A stretch of DNA of 18,738 nucleotides, taken from Campylobacterota bacterium. Its GTDB lineage: Bacteria; Campylobacterota; Campylobacteria; Campylobacterales; Sulfurimonadaceae. Position numbers and translations under genes: made by a program. Shown in pieces: positions 18,493-18,738 of the stretch. How positions within the stretch are numbered: the first letter of the stretch is position 1; every line of letters begins with the position of its first letter. Location: assembly GCA_034661055.1 (NCBI GenBank), contig JAYEKO010000034.1:1-18738 (forward strand). The letters are read 5' to 3'. A model generated the notes under the pieces. That model saw nothing but the letters and a program-made list of their open reading frames with translations. It was not told where the DNA came from and did no database searches.

Positions 18493-18509
18493 ATTGATCT
18501 ACTTAAAAT

Positions 18510-18738
18510 TTATTTTTTATGTCCGGGGTTGTCAGTGTTTTGGTGTTCATCACCTTGACCTGGGTTAGATTCATCATTATGATCATCATCATTTCCATGC
18601 CCATTATTGCCATCATCAATTTCGATTTCTGGTTCTATGACTTCTGGTTCTATGACTTCTGGTTCTATGACTTCTGGTTCTATGACTTCTGGTTCTATGA
18701 CTTCTGGTTCTATGACTTCTGGTTCTATGACTTCTGGT
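18510..18738 (-). CDS. 3' end of a protein with a Pro/Glu-rich repeat and an acidic Gly/Asn/His-rich tail; start lies outside the window
   Basis: Open minus frame: (PEVIE)7[43 protein letters not shown] at 18510-18512, 17 nt upstream of the GGDEF-EAL start. Confidence 0.75.
   Translation of the reverse strand, partial: PEVIEPEVIEPEVIEPEVIEPEVIEPEVIEPEVIEPEIEIDDGNNGHGNDDDHNDESNPGQGDEHQNTDNPGHKK
18627..18738. repeat. Perfect 15-bp tandem repeat (TTCTGGTTCTATGAC)x7 plus a partial copy, truncated by the window end
   Basis: Directly visible; encodes PEVIE on the minus strand. Confidence 0.98.

Noticed and set aside
18627..18738. Tandem repeat as a CRISPR array
   Set aside because: Head-to-tail 15-bp units with no spacers, in frame with a protein repeat; no cas genes in the window.

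Overview
AT-rich bacterial DNA whose gene order and protein style point to Campylobacterota (Sulfurovum/Sulfurimonas-like; inference). The core is a housekeeping block: minus-strand DUF342/FapA-ruvA-ddl-alpha/beta hydrolase-murF-TRAP dctQ/dctM-HIT, divergent from murJ-cysS-msbA-lipoprotein. On the left are yebC and the 5' end of a NirB-like FAD oxidoreductase. Accessory content: (1) an exosortase H-type protein-sorting cassette (secreted protein with a VPTL/IPTL-CTERM-like tail, exosortase with Cys/Arg/His triad, associated membrane protein), preceded by an unannotated 31-aa membrane peptide ORF; (2) a probable decayed RelE/ParE-type toxin-antitoxin remnant at ~16.2-16.3 kb; (3) a membrane-anchored HAMP-GGDEF-EAL protein directly downstream of a partial gene ending in (PEVIE)7+ and a GNNGHGND...SNPG motif. 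The most striking non-gene signal is the palindrome TACATGTA, found 13 times by eye (under 1 expected), mostly inside core genes as His-Val codons, resembling a HIP1-like highly iterated palindrome.
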